DNA of 64,000 nucleotides from a virus (taxonomy: Duplodnaviria; Caudoviricetes): positions 45,176 through 109,175 of IMG/VR virus record IMGVR_UViG_3300021387_001585; one strand, 5' to 3'. Under the pieces are notes generated by a model. It was not told the DNA's origin. It searched no databases and worked only from the letters and a program-made list of their open reading frames with translations. Made by a program: the position numbers and the translations under genes. Below, in pieces: positions 38,784 through 47,744 of the stretch (position 1 is the stretch's first letter; each line of letters starts with the position of its first letter).

Positions 38784-39308
38784 TTAACCATTAGGGAATG
38801 TCTTTGGATATTTGCGAAAAACCTTTTTGGCCAGTTTCGGAAGGCGACGCACAAAGAGGCGCATCATCCTAATCTGGGCTGGGGTCGTGTTGAGCACAAA
38901 CGTATATTTGGCATCACCTGCTTGCATCTTGTCTGGAAACATCCACATAGCGGCGTAGGCAATCAAATTCTCATCACCATCGGCGTATGATATACACATG
39001 AACATCAGCGCATAATGGTTTCGCAGCAGTTTGTTCATGCGGCGTTTCTTTTCCTTGCGAGGCAGTCGTCCGTCACCGCGGATAAGTTTGCGGAGTGCAG
39101 ACGGCATTTCTCCATCCGTTTCTATGCGTGCTGTTCCAGTGATGGTGAAGCCCTTGTTGGAGTAGGGGCTTTCCTGTGCGTCCTCGTCCGATTCTGGAAC
39201 GTGCAGTTCGGTGGCCGCACCAAGTTCAATCGGCTTCATCTCTATGTCATCTTTTCTGATGACGTACAGTTTGCCCAAACCGGCGGGTTGTTGTTGATTT
39301 TCTTCCAT
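38784..39308 (-). CDS. hypothetical protein
   Basis: 174-aa ORF. Confidence 0.65.
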   Translation of the reverse strand: MEENQQQPAGLGKLYVIRKDDIEMKPIELGAATELHVPESDEDAQESPYSNKGFTITGTARIETDGEMPSALRKLIRGDGRLPRKEKKRRMNKLLRNHYALMFMCISYADGDENLIAYAAMWMFPDKMQAGDAKYTFVLNTTPAQIRMMRLFVRRLPKLAKKVFRKYPKTFPNG

Positions 39309-39323
39309 AGGTCAAAATAATAA

Positions 39324-39797
39324 TTATAGTTGATGCAATTCTGAAAAACTCTTCCAGCCGGCTTCGGTGAACTCACGGGTATAGACTTCGCCACGGGGCT
39401 TCAGCGGTTGCCAAGCGGGGTCGCAGAACAGTCGGTAGTGGAACACGCCACACTGGCGTCCGACCTCCGAATATGGTCCCTCGCACCACAGCCACCGACG
39501 ATCGTCGCCAAAGAGCTGCTTCAGAATGTACTCCAGGTGCGAGCGCTTCATGCCGCCGGGGAAGGAGATGGACAGGTGGTAGCACCGCTCATAGTCGGGG
39601 TTCTTCCACCATCCCGAGGTGTGGTAGCCTACGTCGCGGGTGAAGATGACGATGCACTCAAACCGTTCGAGCCACCATCGGCATTGTTGCAGATAGGGGT
39701 CGGCGGGGTTAAGTCCGTCGAACGTGCCGTGCTGTGCCGTGCGCCAGATGCGCGGGAATGTCTCGCCGTTAGTGGCGTTCATAGGGATTATCTTCAT
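39324..39797 (-). CDS. hypothetical protein
   Basis: 157-aa W/H-rich ORF. Confidence 0.7.
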   Translation of the reverse strand: MKIIPMNATNGETFPRIWRTAQHGTFDGLNPADPYLQQCRWWLERFECIVIFTRDVGYHTSGWWKNPDYERCYHLSISFPGGMKRSHLEYILKQLFGDDRRWLWCEGPYSEVGRQCGVFHYRLFCDPAWQPLKPRGEVYTREFTEAGWKSFSELHQL

Positions 39798-39800
39798 TGG

Positions 39801-40229
39801 TCATTCCTCCTTTCCGTTTTGAATCACTGCAGGGTCTGGATCCTGCAACGTGATGGACCGGATGGTTTCGAGACTGTGCGACGGATGACTGTGGAACAGC
39901 TCAATGGCTTTCTCCAACCCCTCTGCAGCTACGAGGCGACGGTTGATGAGAAAGACACTGCCGAGGAAATAGCTCTCTGGCTTCGCTTCTTCCTCGGGCA
40001 TAGGTGCTCGTTCTTCCAGTTCCAATGACTGTTCGTCGCAAACCACGCAGATGTCGTCGTCTCCTGTGCTGAGAACATAGCAACAGTCATCGCCACCCCA
40101 AAAGTAATACTTGACGGTCAGATGCTCCTGATACTCTTTCCCATCAGGCGTTATAAGGTGGTCGCCGTCTTTCAATCGCACCATGTCGTACATTCCAAAT
40201 TTAAATGTTCTTGCCATAGTTGGTTTCAT
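39801..40229 (-). CDS. hypothetical protein
   Basis: 142-aa ORF. Confidence 0.65.
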   Translation of the reverse strand: MKPTMARTFKFGMYDMVRLKDGDHLITPDGKEYQEHLTVKYYFWGGDDCCYVLSTGDDDICVVCDEQSLELEERAPMPEEEAKPESYFLGSVFLINRRLVAAEGLEKAIELFHSHPSHSLETIRSITLQDPDPAVIQNGKEE

Positions 40230-40287
40230 TTTAGTCGGCTTGCGCCGAGAAATTGTTTAAAAATTTGTTTCAAAATTATTCATGTAG

Positions 40288-43014
40288 TTAACCAATCGTC
40301 CGTTCCTCTGCGATGTCTGCCATTCTGATTTCCAGTCCTGCTTCGGCGCATTTCTGTTCGTAGCATTGATTGCGTTTGGTTTCCGGGGTATAGAATATGA
40401 CGTAGCGCGTGGCAGGGTCTTTGCCACGATCTTTGATAGTTGCATATCCGTATCTGTCGGCATGGCCACGCAGGCTGCGCTGACGGGTGTTGTAATATTT
40501 GGGGCTGTGGATAGGAGGTGGCAGTTGTTCAAGCATCTCTTTCAGCCTGACGACTGCCGTGTGGTCGCCCTTTGCCTTCAGCAGAGTGCGGAGGATATTG
40601 CACAGTCTGTGGCTGTCAATCCTTACGTTAGGCCGTCGGTTATGCGCCTTGACGAATGCCATCATCTGTTCGGCGTATTGTTCGGTTTCTTCATCAGACC
40701 ACACGACAGCTGCAGGGTATTCCTTCTTAATCTCGCTGGCGAAGTCCTTGTCAGTTCGTTTAATGTTGCTCCACGCGCGGAACACCTCAGCACTGCTGGT
40801 CTTCCTGCTGGGGAGACGTCCCGTCTGCCTGCAGTGTTCAATAACGATACGCCGTTCTTCGTCCCGGTCCATACGGCGCTTCTTGTATTTGTCATTTACA
40901 GCAAGGAGCCTCGGATTGTCTATTAGCGCCTTGCGGCTTTTTATTCGTTTATACAAATTGGCTTCATATTTATTTTTCGAGAACCTTGACGGGATTTTGT
41001 GGTTTGCCTCGCAGAACTGGATGTATTCTTCCAGTAGTTCGTCAGCATCTTGTACTACGGGCTTCACACTCGATGCCAGCAGAAGCAGGCTCTTTACGTC
41101 CTCGCGTTCGCAGTATGGCGGCTGTCGCAAGCTATTCATATAGGACTGCAACTTCACCTCCTCCTGATAGTAGGAGTTGGGCTGTCGGCCCTTCTCGGCA
41201 ATGAAGTCGTTCAGCAAAGCCACTCGGCGTTTGATTTCCTTCTCGTCAAGAGACTTGCGGCTGTAGTCCCGCGAAACAGCTATGACGCGCTCGTCGTCAT
41301 GGTAATTATGGCGCAGCCAATTCCAACAGTTACTGGCCTGCCGCGTCTCGTCGGTCACGTTTTTTCGTAAATCTTTCTTCACTGGGAGTGTAGGGAGGCG
41401 GTTGTAGCGCTGACAGAAGGCGAGCACAGTGGCATAGCGTTGCTCGAACGTGAGCTTGTCTTTGTCGCGGTAGTATTCGTAAAGTTGTCGAAATGCCTCG
41501 TCCTGAAGCAGTTCATCACGATTCTTGTTAAAGTAGCGGCGCAGACATCGTTCGGTTTTCTCCGGTATGTGGTGGTCTACCCTCGGCCAGTGGTCGTTCT
41601 CGCCTACAAAGGCACGGATACGTTCTTTGATGTCGTCGAGTGTCAAGTTTCTGAGGAACCGCTTCATCAGTGCCTGCACTCGCTGGTCATCGCGCAGGTA
41701 TTTTATCAGCCACGCCCAATGGCGATAGTAATCCTGCTCGCTGGCCTTTGGCAGTCGTGCATGTTTTTCCACGAATGCGTTGACGAACCGCAGCCTATCA
41801 TCGGCGGTGTAGGCTTCCGGCACCAGTTTGTCTATTATCTGGCGCACCCCCAGCGTATAGTCCATCACCTCGAACCTGCGCGGCTCTCGCCCCTCGCGCT
41901 CGGCCTGCGGTATCTCTATGGCGTCGAACTCGTCCTGTAGGTCCTTGATGGCCGTGGTGGTGGTGATATTATCCACCATGTCGAGCACCAGCGGCTTCGC
42001 AGTGTTGGCGGTAGTCAGGCAGCGCCCCATCTGCTGCATGTAGATAATACGGCTGCTGGTGGTGCGCAGCATCAGCACGGCATTGACGTTGGGCACGTGG
42101 ATGCCTTCGTTGAGCATGTTCACGCTGAACATAAGCCGCAGTCCCTCGTCCTTTTCACTCTCGAACTGTTGCATCTGACTGCGCTGCTCGCTGTCGGGCA
42201 GGAGAGAGTGCATCAGGCAGGTGCATGCAATCGTGAATTCTGCCTCGCGGAACCACCCGACGACCTCCTTACGCATTTGCTCCAGGCTCTCGATGTTGCC
42301 GCAGAAAACGATGACTCGCCGTGCGTCCTTATCCAGATGCTTTCGCAGGATGGATGGCATGCCGTAGGAGAGTTCCCAGTGCAGGTGTGCATTGGTGAGC
42401 CGGAAGATGCGCTTGCGCTTCGCATCTTCCGTCAGGCTGCGGCTCTTGCTGATGCGCTCTTCGGTGTCGCTGACGGCCTTATCCCACCGAAACAGTCCGC
42501 TGACATATCGCGGTATGGGCAGGATGTTGCGGTTCCATGCCTCTGCGATAGTGATGTTGCTGGCGATATTCCCGTGGAACAGCTCATCGGTCATGTTGCG
42601 CTCGCCGTCGAGATAGCGGATGGGCGTGGCGGTGGTACCGAAGACCTTTGCCGTCTGGTTCACCTCCAACAGCCTGTCGACGGCGGCCCCCCATTCCAGG
42701 GCTCCTGCGCGGTGGAACTCGTCAAGGCATATCAGGTCGTAGTCCGTGTGCGGGCTGTCTGTCAGCATCAGCGTCTGATAGGTCATGTACTCCACACCTC
42801 GCCTGCGCCACCGCAGCACGTCATGCACCTGGTCGAGCACGAAGATGTTAGGGCCCAGTATCAGAACCTTTTTGAAGTTCTCCGACACGGCAGCAATGAG
42901 GTACGACTTTCCCGTACCCGTTGGATGCACCACACAGGTACGGTCGCTGGTCTCCAGTGCCGCCATCACCTTCTGGTATGCCGTCTTGTTGTGAGAGTAT
43001 AGTTTCGTTCGCAT
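40288..43014 (-). CDS. SF2 DEAD/H-box helicase with C-terminal helicase-associated repeats
   Basis: PTGTGKS, LDEFH, TAT, MLNEG, QQMGR; repeated F...(H/N)..(L/W)P units in the C-half. Confidence 0.88.
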   Translation of the reverse strand: MRTKLYSHNKTAYQKVMAALETSDRTCVVHPTGTGKSYLIAAVSENFKKVLILGPNIFVLDQVHDVLRWRRRGVEYMTYQTLMLTDSPHTDYDLICLDEFHRAGALEWGAAVDRLLEVNQTAKVFGTTATPIRYLDGERNMTDELFHGNIASNITIAEAWNRNILPIPRYVSGLFRWDKAVSDTEERISKSRSLTEDAKRKRIFRLTNAHLHWELSYGMPSILRKHLDKDARRVIVFCGNIESLEQMRKEVVGWFREAEFTIACTCLMHSLLPDSEQRSQMQQFESEKDEGLRLMFSVNMLNEGIHVPNVNAVLMLRTTSSRIIYMQQMGRCLTTANTAKPLVLDMVDNITTTTAIKDLQDEFDAIEIPQAEREGREPRRFEVMDYTLGVRQIIDKLVPEAYTADDRLRFVNAFVEKHARLPKASEQDYYRHWAWLIKYLRDDQRVQALMKRFLRNLTLDDIKERIRAFVGENDHWPRVDHHIPEKTERCLRRYFNKNRDELLQDEAFRQLYEYYRDKDKLTFEQRYATVLAFCQRYNRLPTLPVKKDLRKNVTDETRQASNCWNWLRHNYHDDERVIAVSRDYSRKSLDEKEIKRRVALLNDFIAEKGRQPNSYYQEEVKLQSYMNSLRQPPYCEREDVKSLLLLASSVKPVVQDADELLEEYIQFCEANHKIPSRFSKNKYEANLYKRIKSRKALIDNPRLLAVNDKYKKRRMDRDEERRIVIEHCRQTGRLPSRKTSSAEVFRAWSNIKRTDKDFASEIKKEYPAAVVWSDEETEQYAEQMMAFVKAHNRRPNVRIDSHRLCNILRTLLKAKGDHTAVVRLKEMLEQLPPPIHSPKYYNTRQRSLRGHADRYGYATIKDRGKDPATRYVIFYTPETKRNQCYEQKCAEAGLEIRMADIAEERTIG

Positions 43015-43346
43015 GATTTGTCAAACTCAGTACCTAATTCATAGTCATTCTTTCCCAACTCTTCCCGAAGTTGTTTTTGTGCGTCAAGATGTTCCTTGAC
43101 GATGTTATATGCAATCAGGCAGAGCTCCTGCCTTATGCGGTTTCTCGAACCTTTTTTCCTGGTGGAGAGGCGAACCATTCCCACTTTTGACTCCTCGTAG
43201 ATTTTCTCCATCTGTCGGATGTAATGGATAAGGATGCTGCGCTCGTGGAAAAGGCGCTGGTAGTCCTTCACAATGTAATGTATAATGAGCTCTGTCGGGA
43301 CCTCCGGCGGTTCGATTTGGGCATTTCCGTTTTCGTCGTATTTCAT
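42966..43346 (-). CDS. hypothetical protein
   Basis: Start MKYDENG just downstream of the 48-bp repeat. Confidence 0.55.
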   Translation of the reverse strand: MKYDENGNAQIEPPEVPTELIIHYIVKDYQRLFHERSILIHYIRQMEKIYEESKVGMVRLSTRKKGSRNRIRQELCLIAYNIVKEHLDAQKQLREELGKNDYELGTEFDKSCERNYTLTTRRHTRR

Positions 43347-43396
43347 GTTGCTTAATCGGCTTGCGCCGAGAAATTGTTCAAAAATTTGTTTCAAAA

Positions 43397-43552
43397 TTAT
43401 TCAGGTTTCTTCAATCGGTCGAGCCGTACCCATGTCAGACGGTCGTGACGTTCATGGTAGCCCACCTTCTTCAGGTGGATGGCTGTCACCTGTATCATCT
43501 TCCCGTCGGCGAGCAGGTAGTCGCCTATCCTTATGTCTTGTGGTTTCAGCAT
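43397..43552 (-). CDS. small hypothetical protein (51 aa)
   Basis: MLKPQDIRIGDYLLADGKMIQVTAI...; fills the gap between ORFs. Confidence 0.5.
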   Translation of the reverse strand: MLKPQDIRIGDYLLADGKMIQVTAIHLKKVGYHERHDRLTWVRLDRLKKPE

Positions 43553-43555
43553 CGG

Positions 43556-43888
43556 TCAGTCCTCCTTCTCGTCCATCTGTTTAATAAAATCCTTATGCTT
43601 TCTCAACGCTTCTCTGTAAGCATAATATGACACAGCCTTTGGATCCTGTTTGCAGCGCCAAAGTTCCTTGCACAACCGGGTGTATTCCTTCAGTTCGTCG
43701 GCAGTCATGTCGCAATAGATAAGTCCCAATTCCTCGTCATACGGATTGACAACACCTATCTCGTTCATGTGCTCGAATACTTGATAGTATGGAGCGTCCT
43801 TGAGGCAGTAAAGTTCTCTGCCGTTGAACCAGTCTTTACTTTCCCATCCCAACGATGTGAGTAGCGTTTTAATTTCGTTGTAATTCAT
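43556..43888 (-). CDS. hypothetical protein
   Basis: Start MNYNEIK. Confidence 0.6.
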   Translation of the reverse strand: MNYNEIKTLLTSLGWESKDWFNGRELYCLKDAPYYQVFEHMNEIGVVNPYDEELGLIYCDMTADELKEYTRLCKELWRCKQDPKAVSYYAYREALRKHKDFIKQMDEKED

Positions 43889-43898
43889 TTTTCTCCTA

Positions 43899-44150
43899 TT
43901 ATAATTCGTTGATGATAAATTGATGATATTCGTCCATCGCCTTGCGGAGATGAGAAGCATCTGTTGTCAAGTACTGCGCTGCACGATACATCGCATCGGC
44001 CAGCTTCTTCAGTTTCTGTAGTTTCTGCTCTCGCCTTAGTTCCTTGATGATTTCCTCCACATCGCGCAGGTCAAGATATTGATGGTCTTCCATGGTGAGT
44101 GCTCCACTCACTTTCTGATGTTCGATAAATTCTTCAATGCTCATTGTCAT
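43899..44150 (-). CDS. hypothetical protein
   Basis: 83-aa ORF. Confidence 0.6.
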   Translation of the reverse strand: MTMSIEEFIEHQKVSGALTMEDHQYLDLRDVEEIIKELRREQKLQKLKKLADAMYRAAQYLTTDASHLRKAMDEYHQFIINEL

Positions 44151-44206
44151 AGGTCATTCCTCTTTTCTTAGTTTATGTCCATTCGCTTTCCAGTCGGGCC
44201 TCTTAT

Positions 44207-44413
44207 TTAGAGGGTGCCGGGCGCTTGATAAGCGGCGGCATGGACCCTCTTAATAAAAGGCTTCGGGGTGTTGTAGTGGACGACGGCGGCTGTCATCTCT
44301 GCCACCTCCGTGATCACCAGCATCAGCCAGTGTTCATCGGTCAGTTCCTGGTCGTGGAACCCATGCTTGCATGCCGTATCGTAGGCGCGTTTAGTATATT
44401 CGTTATAGTCCAT
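44207..44413 (-). pseudogene. truncated MazG-like NTP pyrophosphatase fused to a glycosyltransferase N-terminal fragment
   Basis: AYDTACKHGFHD...LMLVITEVAE (MazG-like helix) switches to MTAAVVHYNTPK; the second ELAD-type motif is missing. Confidence 0.55.
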
Positions 44414-44417
44414 CTTC

Positions 44418-44705
44418 TTACAATGTTATGGTTTTTGTTCGTTGATATTCGTTTCTCAGTGCCGATGTATTGTAGCCGAAAGCACCGAGCGAGTCGATGT
44501 ATGCGAGTGCTTCTCCCTCCGTCATGTTGGAGAGGTCTTTGGCTTGTATTCTCGGCACGCCTTTTATCGGTTCGTGCCTTCTGACGTTTTCTCCCCGCGC
44601 CATCCTTACGGCTTTTAGCGCATCCTTCATTGACACTAACTCCACTACTCCTTGCGGAATTGGGAGCGTTATCTGCTTGCTTGCCAAATATTCTTCTGGT
44701 GTCAT
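44418..44705 (-). CDS. hypothetical protein
   Basis: 95-aa ORF. Confidence 0.55.
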   Translation of the reverse strand: MTPEEYLASKQITLPIPQGVVELVSMKDALKAVRMARGENVRRHEPIKGVPRIQAKDLSNMTEGEALAYIDSLGAFGYNTSALRNEYQRTKTITL

Positions 44706-44878
44706 CGTTGCGTCGTTTATTTGGCTATCTCATAGCTGTCAAGACCTCCGTAGTGGTTCACGGTGTAAGCCGTTAATTCTCCACTATTGCTGTCTCTAAC
44801 AACCATACTCATTGCAATAATTTCGCTGTCATTGTTCTCCAAGTCGATAATCTTTATCAGGTCGTCTATCTCCATCGG

Positions 44879-45319
44879 TCAGTCCTCCCATGGTTTCGTC
44901 CCGTCAAGCGTCGTGCGTCTGCCCAACACCTCGACAAGATATTTCTTGCCTTTCTCCGCACCCCATTCCTCGCGACCCTCTCGGTACTCGATGCCTTTCA
45001 GCTCAAACGTCATGCGGCGCGACTCGTCGTCCTTCTTCGGGTAGCCGAGGGAAAATTGGACGTGGGTGTAGTGTCTCGCATATATATCAAAGGTTACGGG
45101 ACACGGCAAATCAGTATAATAGCAATACCTCCTGCCGAGATGATGCGTCGGAGTCAGAGAGTCTCTTTCCCAAGATGCAGGACAAGGGCATGGTTGAATG
45201 CGTTGACACCAATACAGCCCAGGTTCTCGGTATTCTTCAGGCTTCTCGCCAGACTCTATCATTCTGTACCACTTCGCCTTTAGTGGCTGGTGGAGAATTT
45301 TTATTGGTTTCTGATTCAT
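44879..45319 (-). CDS. ASCH-domain protein
   Basis: LKAKWYRMIESGEKPEEYRE...YW..RI...VQFSLGY...GREEWGAE. Confidence 0.75.
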   Translation of the reverse strand: MNQKPIKILHQPLKAKWYRMIESGEKPEEYREPGLYWCQRIQPCPCPASWERDSLTPTHHLGRRYCYYTDLPCPVTFDIYARHYTHVQFSLGYPKKDDESRRMTFELKGIEYREGREEWGAEKGKKYLVEVLGRRTTLDGTKPWED

Positions 45320-45323
45320 ACGC

Positions 45324-45725
45324 TTATTCTCCCTCTTTTATTCCTGGCAGCCTCTCCAGTTCTTCCAGTTCGAGATAATAGTTGGGGCCGCCGATGCAGC
45401 TTGACGTGAAGTAGTGGCCCTTGGAGGAACGAATCAGATAGATGTCATGGTCACTGTTGCCAGCGACTCCGTTTTCCATACGCTTCCATCTGACCGGTGT
45501 CTCATTCTTGCAACTGGCTTCCTCCTCCATGTCGTTGATATTGTCAACGGCAATGGCCACTTCCACCCAACATTGGCTAAATGCCTCCTGCTTGTACTTC
45601 AGTGCCTCGCACTCCATTCTAAACTTGTGCTCGTTCATATATGCAACCTGCCGAGCGCACTCCTCTGTGAAGTTCTTCATTTTTTTGACGAGGTCATCCA
45701 AGATAGCTTTTTCATTCTTCGTCAT
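45324..45725 (-). CDS. hypothetical protein
   Basis: 133-aa ORF. Confidence 0.6.
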   Translation of the reverse strand: MTKNEKAILDDLVKKMKNFTEECARQVAYMNEHKFRMECEALKYKQEAFSQCWVEVAIAVDNINDMEEEASCKNETPVRWKRMENGVAGNSDHDIYLIRSSKGHYFTSSCIGGPNYYLELEELERLPGIKEGE

Positions 45726-45936
45726 GTGCTTATTCTCCTTTCTCTCTCATTCTTTAAGTTATTTGTTAATATTTACAGGTGCGATGGTATCGCACCATAC
45801 GGAACGGTTACTGCTTCGAAATATTCTTACGCTTGTCAATACAGATCAGTGGCACGTTGAAGATGACGGCGAGATAGATCAGACCGCCCAGCCAGTGCCA
45901 GAAGTTGCTGAAGAAAAACTCACAGTATTCCATAAT

Positions 45937-46128
45937 TCAGTCCTCCTTGCGTTTACGATTACCACAAAGCAGCTGCTCCATCTGCTCTTGCGTGACCTCG
46001 CAGATGACTTTGATGCCTGCAGGTTTTTTCTTTACCTTGTATTCGAAAGTAAATGACACCTGGCGTAGCATCTCTGTTATGCCCAGGATGACTTTCTCTC
46101 TTTGTTCTTCTTGCTCTTTTTGTGTCAT
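45937..46128 (-). CDS. small hypothetical protein
   Basis: 63-aa ORF; first gene after the minus-strand TATCTTTG promoter at ~46319-46326. Confidence 0.55.
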   Translation of the reverse strand: MTQKEQEEQREKVILGITEMLRQVSFTFEYKVKKKPAGIKVICEVTQEQMEQLLCGNRKRKED

Positions 46129-46399
46129 AGGTTTTTAAGTTTAGTGTATAAACAAAGTGACCGCAACTACGCGCTGTCGAGTCCTCTGTGCTGGCTGACT
46201 CCGGGTTCCTTTCGCTCCCCGACGCGGTTGCGGTCACAATTATGGCATTCTATTGTAGCTGGCATAAAAAACGCCGCTGGCAATGCGGCATCTTCATCCG
46301 CACAGAGGTTTGACGCTGCAAAGATACAATAAAATTATGAAAGAGTGCAATAAAATTATGATTTTTTGAACAAAAAATTTTTTCTGCCCATGGTTCGCC

Positions 46400-46435
46400 T
46401 GCCCTTGCTTTTTTTTGTCGCAAAGCGTATCTTGC
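46400..46435 (+). promoter_or_regulatory. TGCCCTTG-N20-TANNTT promoter, copy 3
   Basis: tgcccttg-N20-tatcttgc upstream of the tail block. Confidence 0.65.
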
Positions 46436-46452
46436 AGGCAAAAAGATACGGA

Positions 46453-47028
46453 ATGTTCAACTGGTTGAAAAAGATATTTCGACGCGACTCATCCCATCAG
46501 AAAGACGGGGTGGGGGAGCGGCTGCACATAGAGGGAACGCACACCCAGCTCACGCCCGAGCCGGACGACGCGGAGGTGGCAGCCCAGGCGTTGCTGGAGA
46601 GCCTGTGCGCGGAGCGCGGTTCAAAGCGCTTCGCGCGGTTCAAAGCGCTTCGCGCGTTCAAGGGGTTCAAGGGGGGCGTTGCGACGGGGTCGCAACAGAC
46701 GCGACAGGCTCAGGACGGGACGGCGGAGTACTACCGCGAGCTGGCTGAGCGGGTGAAGGAAGCGCATGAGATGGAGGCACGGCTGACCGTGCGGCGCCTC
46801 GCCTACTGTGAGCAGGAGCTGCGGAACCCCTTGCTGAACGCCAAGCAGTTGGCAGAACTGGAGCGCGGACTGTACCGACATCTGGATGCCGTAGACCGCG
46901 AGGGAGGGGAGTTGAAGAGACGCTGGCAGCACGTACTGTCAGAGGTGGTGGTGAGAAGCCCCACCCTGGCCCTCCCCAGCAGGGAGGGTAAAACCCCACC
47001 CCAGCCCTCCCCCGTAGGGAGGGAGTGA
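46453..47028 (+). CDS. hypothetical protein
   Basis: Start MFNWLKK after the promoter; repeat-derived insertions. Confidence 0.55.
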   Translation: MFNWLKKIFRRDSSHQKDGVGERLHIEGTHTQLTPEPDDAEVAAQALLESLCAERGSKRFARFKALRAFKGFKGGVATGSQQTRQAQDGTAEYYRELAERVKEAHEMEARLTVRRLAYCEQELRNPLLNAKQLAELERGLYRHLDAVDREGGELKRRWQHVLSEVVVRSPTLALPSREGKTPPQPSPVGRE

Positions 47029-47105
47029 TAAGGGGAAGATTTTATTTAGCTGCGACGGTGTCGCAGTAAACAACAACACAAGGACTGAAGAGACAGAAAA
47101 AAATC

Positions 47106-47669
47106 ATGGCATTGCTATCTGAAGTACAAGAACGCTCATGGGCAACCGATAAATACGGCGACGGCGTGTTGCGCTGGAAGTTTGACTGGCGAGACACCCG
47201 CATCATGAACTGGATCAACAAGTTTACAGAAATTACCGGCGAGAATACCCTTGCCGACGTAGACCGTCAGAAAGCCGTTCGTTCGGGGCGCCTGCGCCGG
47301 TCGCTGGCATGGAAGACATGGGAGGCCAGTGGTGGCGATGCTCAGGTGTTCGAGGCCCGCTACATCTACTATGCGAAGTTCGTGGAACTGGCCGTCGGCA
47401 AGGGCGAACCCTACGACAGTCCTGTGCCTGAGATTCCCCATCCGCGATGGGAGCCTATCAAGGTGGCTACACGAAAGCGTAAGGGTAAGCCACACGTGGT
47501 GACGGAGATGCGCACCCAGGCCAGCAAGTTCACGTCTTTTGCACGTGCGCAATTCTCATTTACAGGCACCATCTATATGCTCTACGCCATGGGCGGCAAG
47601 GACAACCCATCTGTGGCAGCTGCCTACAACCGCGCCTTGCAGTGGGCCCTTGAAACGCCAAAAGACTAA
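47106..47669 (+). CDS. putative neck/tail-completion protein (HK97 gp10-like)
   Basis: VRSGRLRRSL...YAKFVELAVG resembles the gp10 pattern; lies just before the tape measure gene. Confidence 0.5.
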   Translation: MALLSEVQERSWATDKYGDGVLRWKFDWRDTRIMNWINKFTEITGENTLADVDRQKAVRSGRLRRSLAWKTWEASGGDAQVFEARYIYYAKFVELAVGKGEPYDSPVPEIPHPRWEPIKVATRKRKGKPHVVTEMRTQASKFTSFARAQFSFTGTIYMLYAMGGKDNPSVAAAYNRALQWALETPKD

Positions 47670-47744
47670 GGAGCCACACCCTCCTCAGTAAGGAGGGAAT
47701 TGACATTAAAAATTTCACGACAATAAAAACACAATCATCCCATT

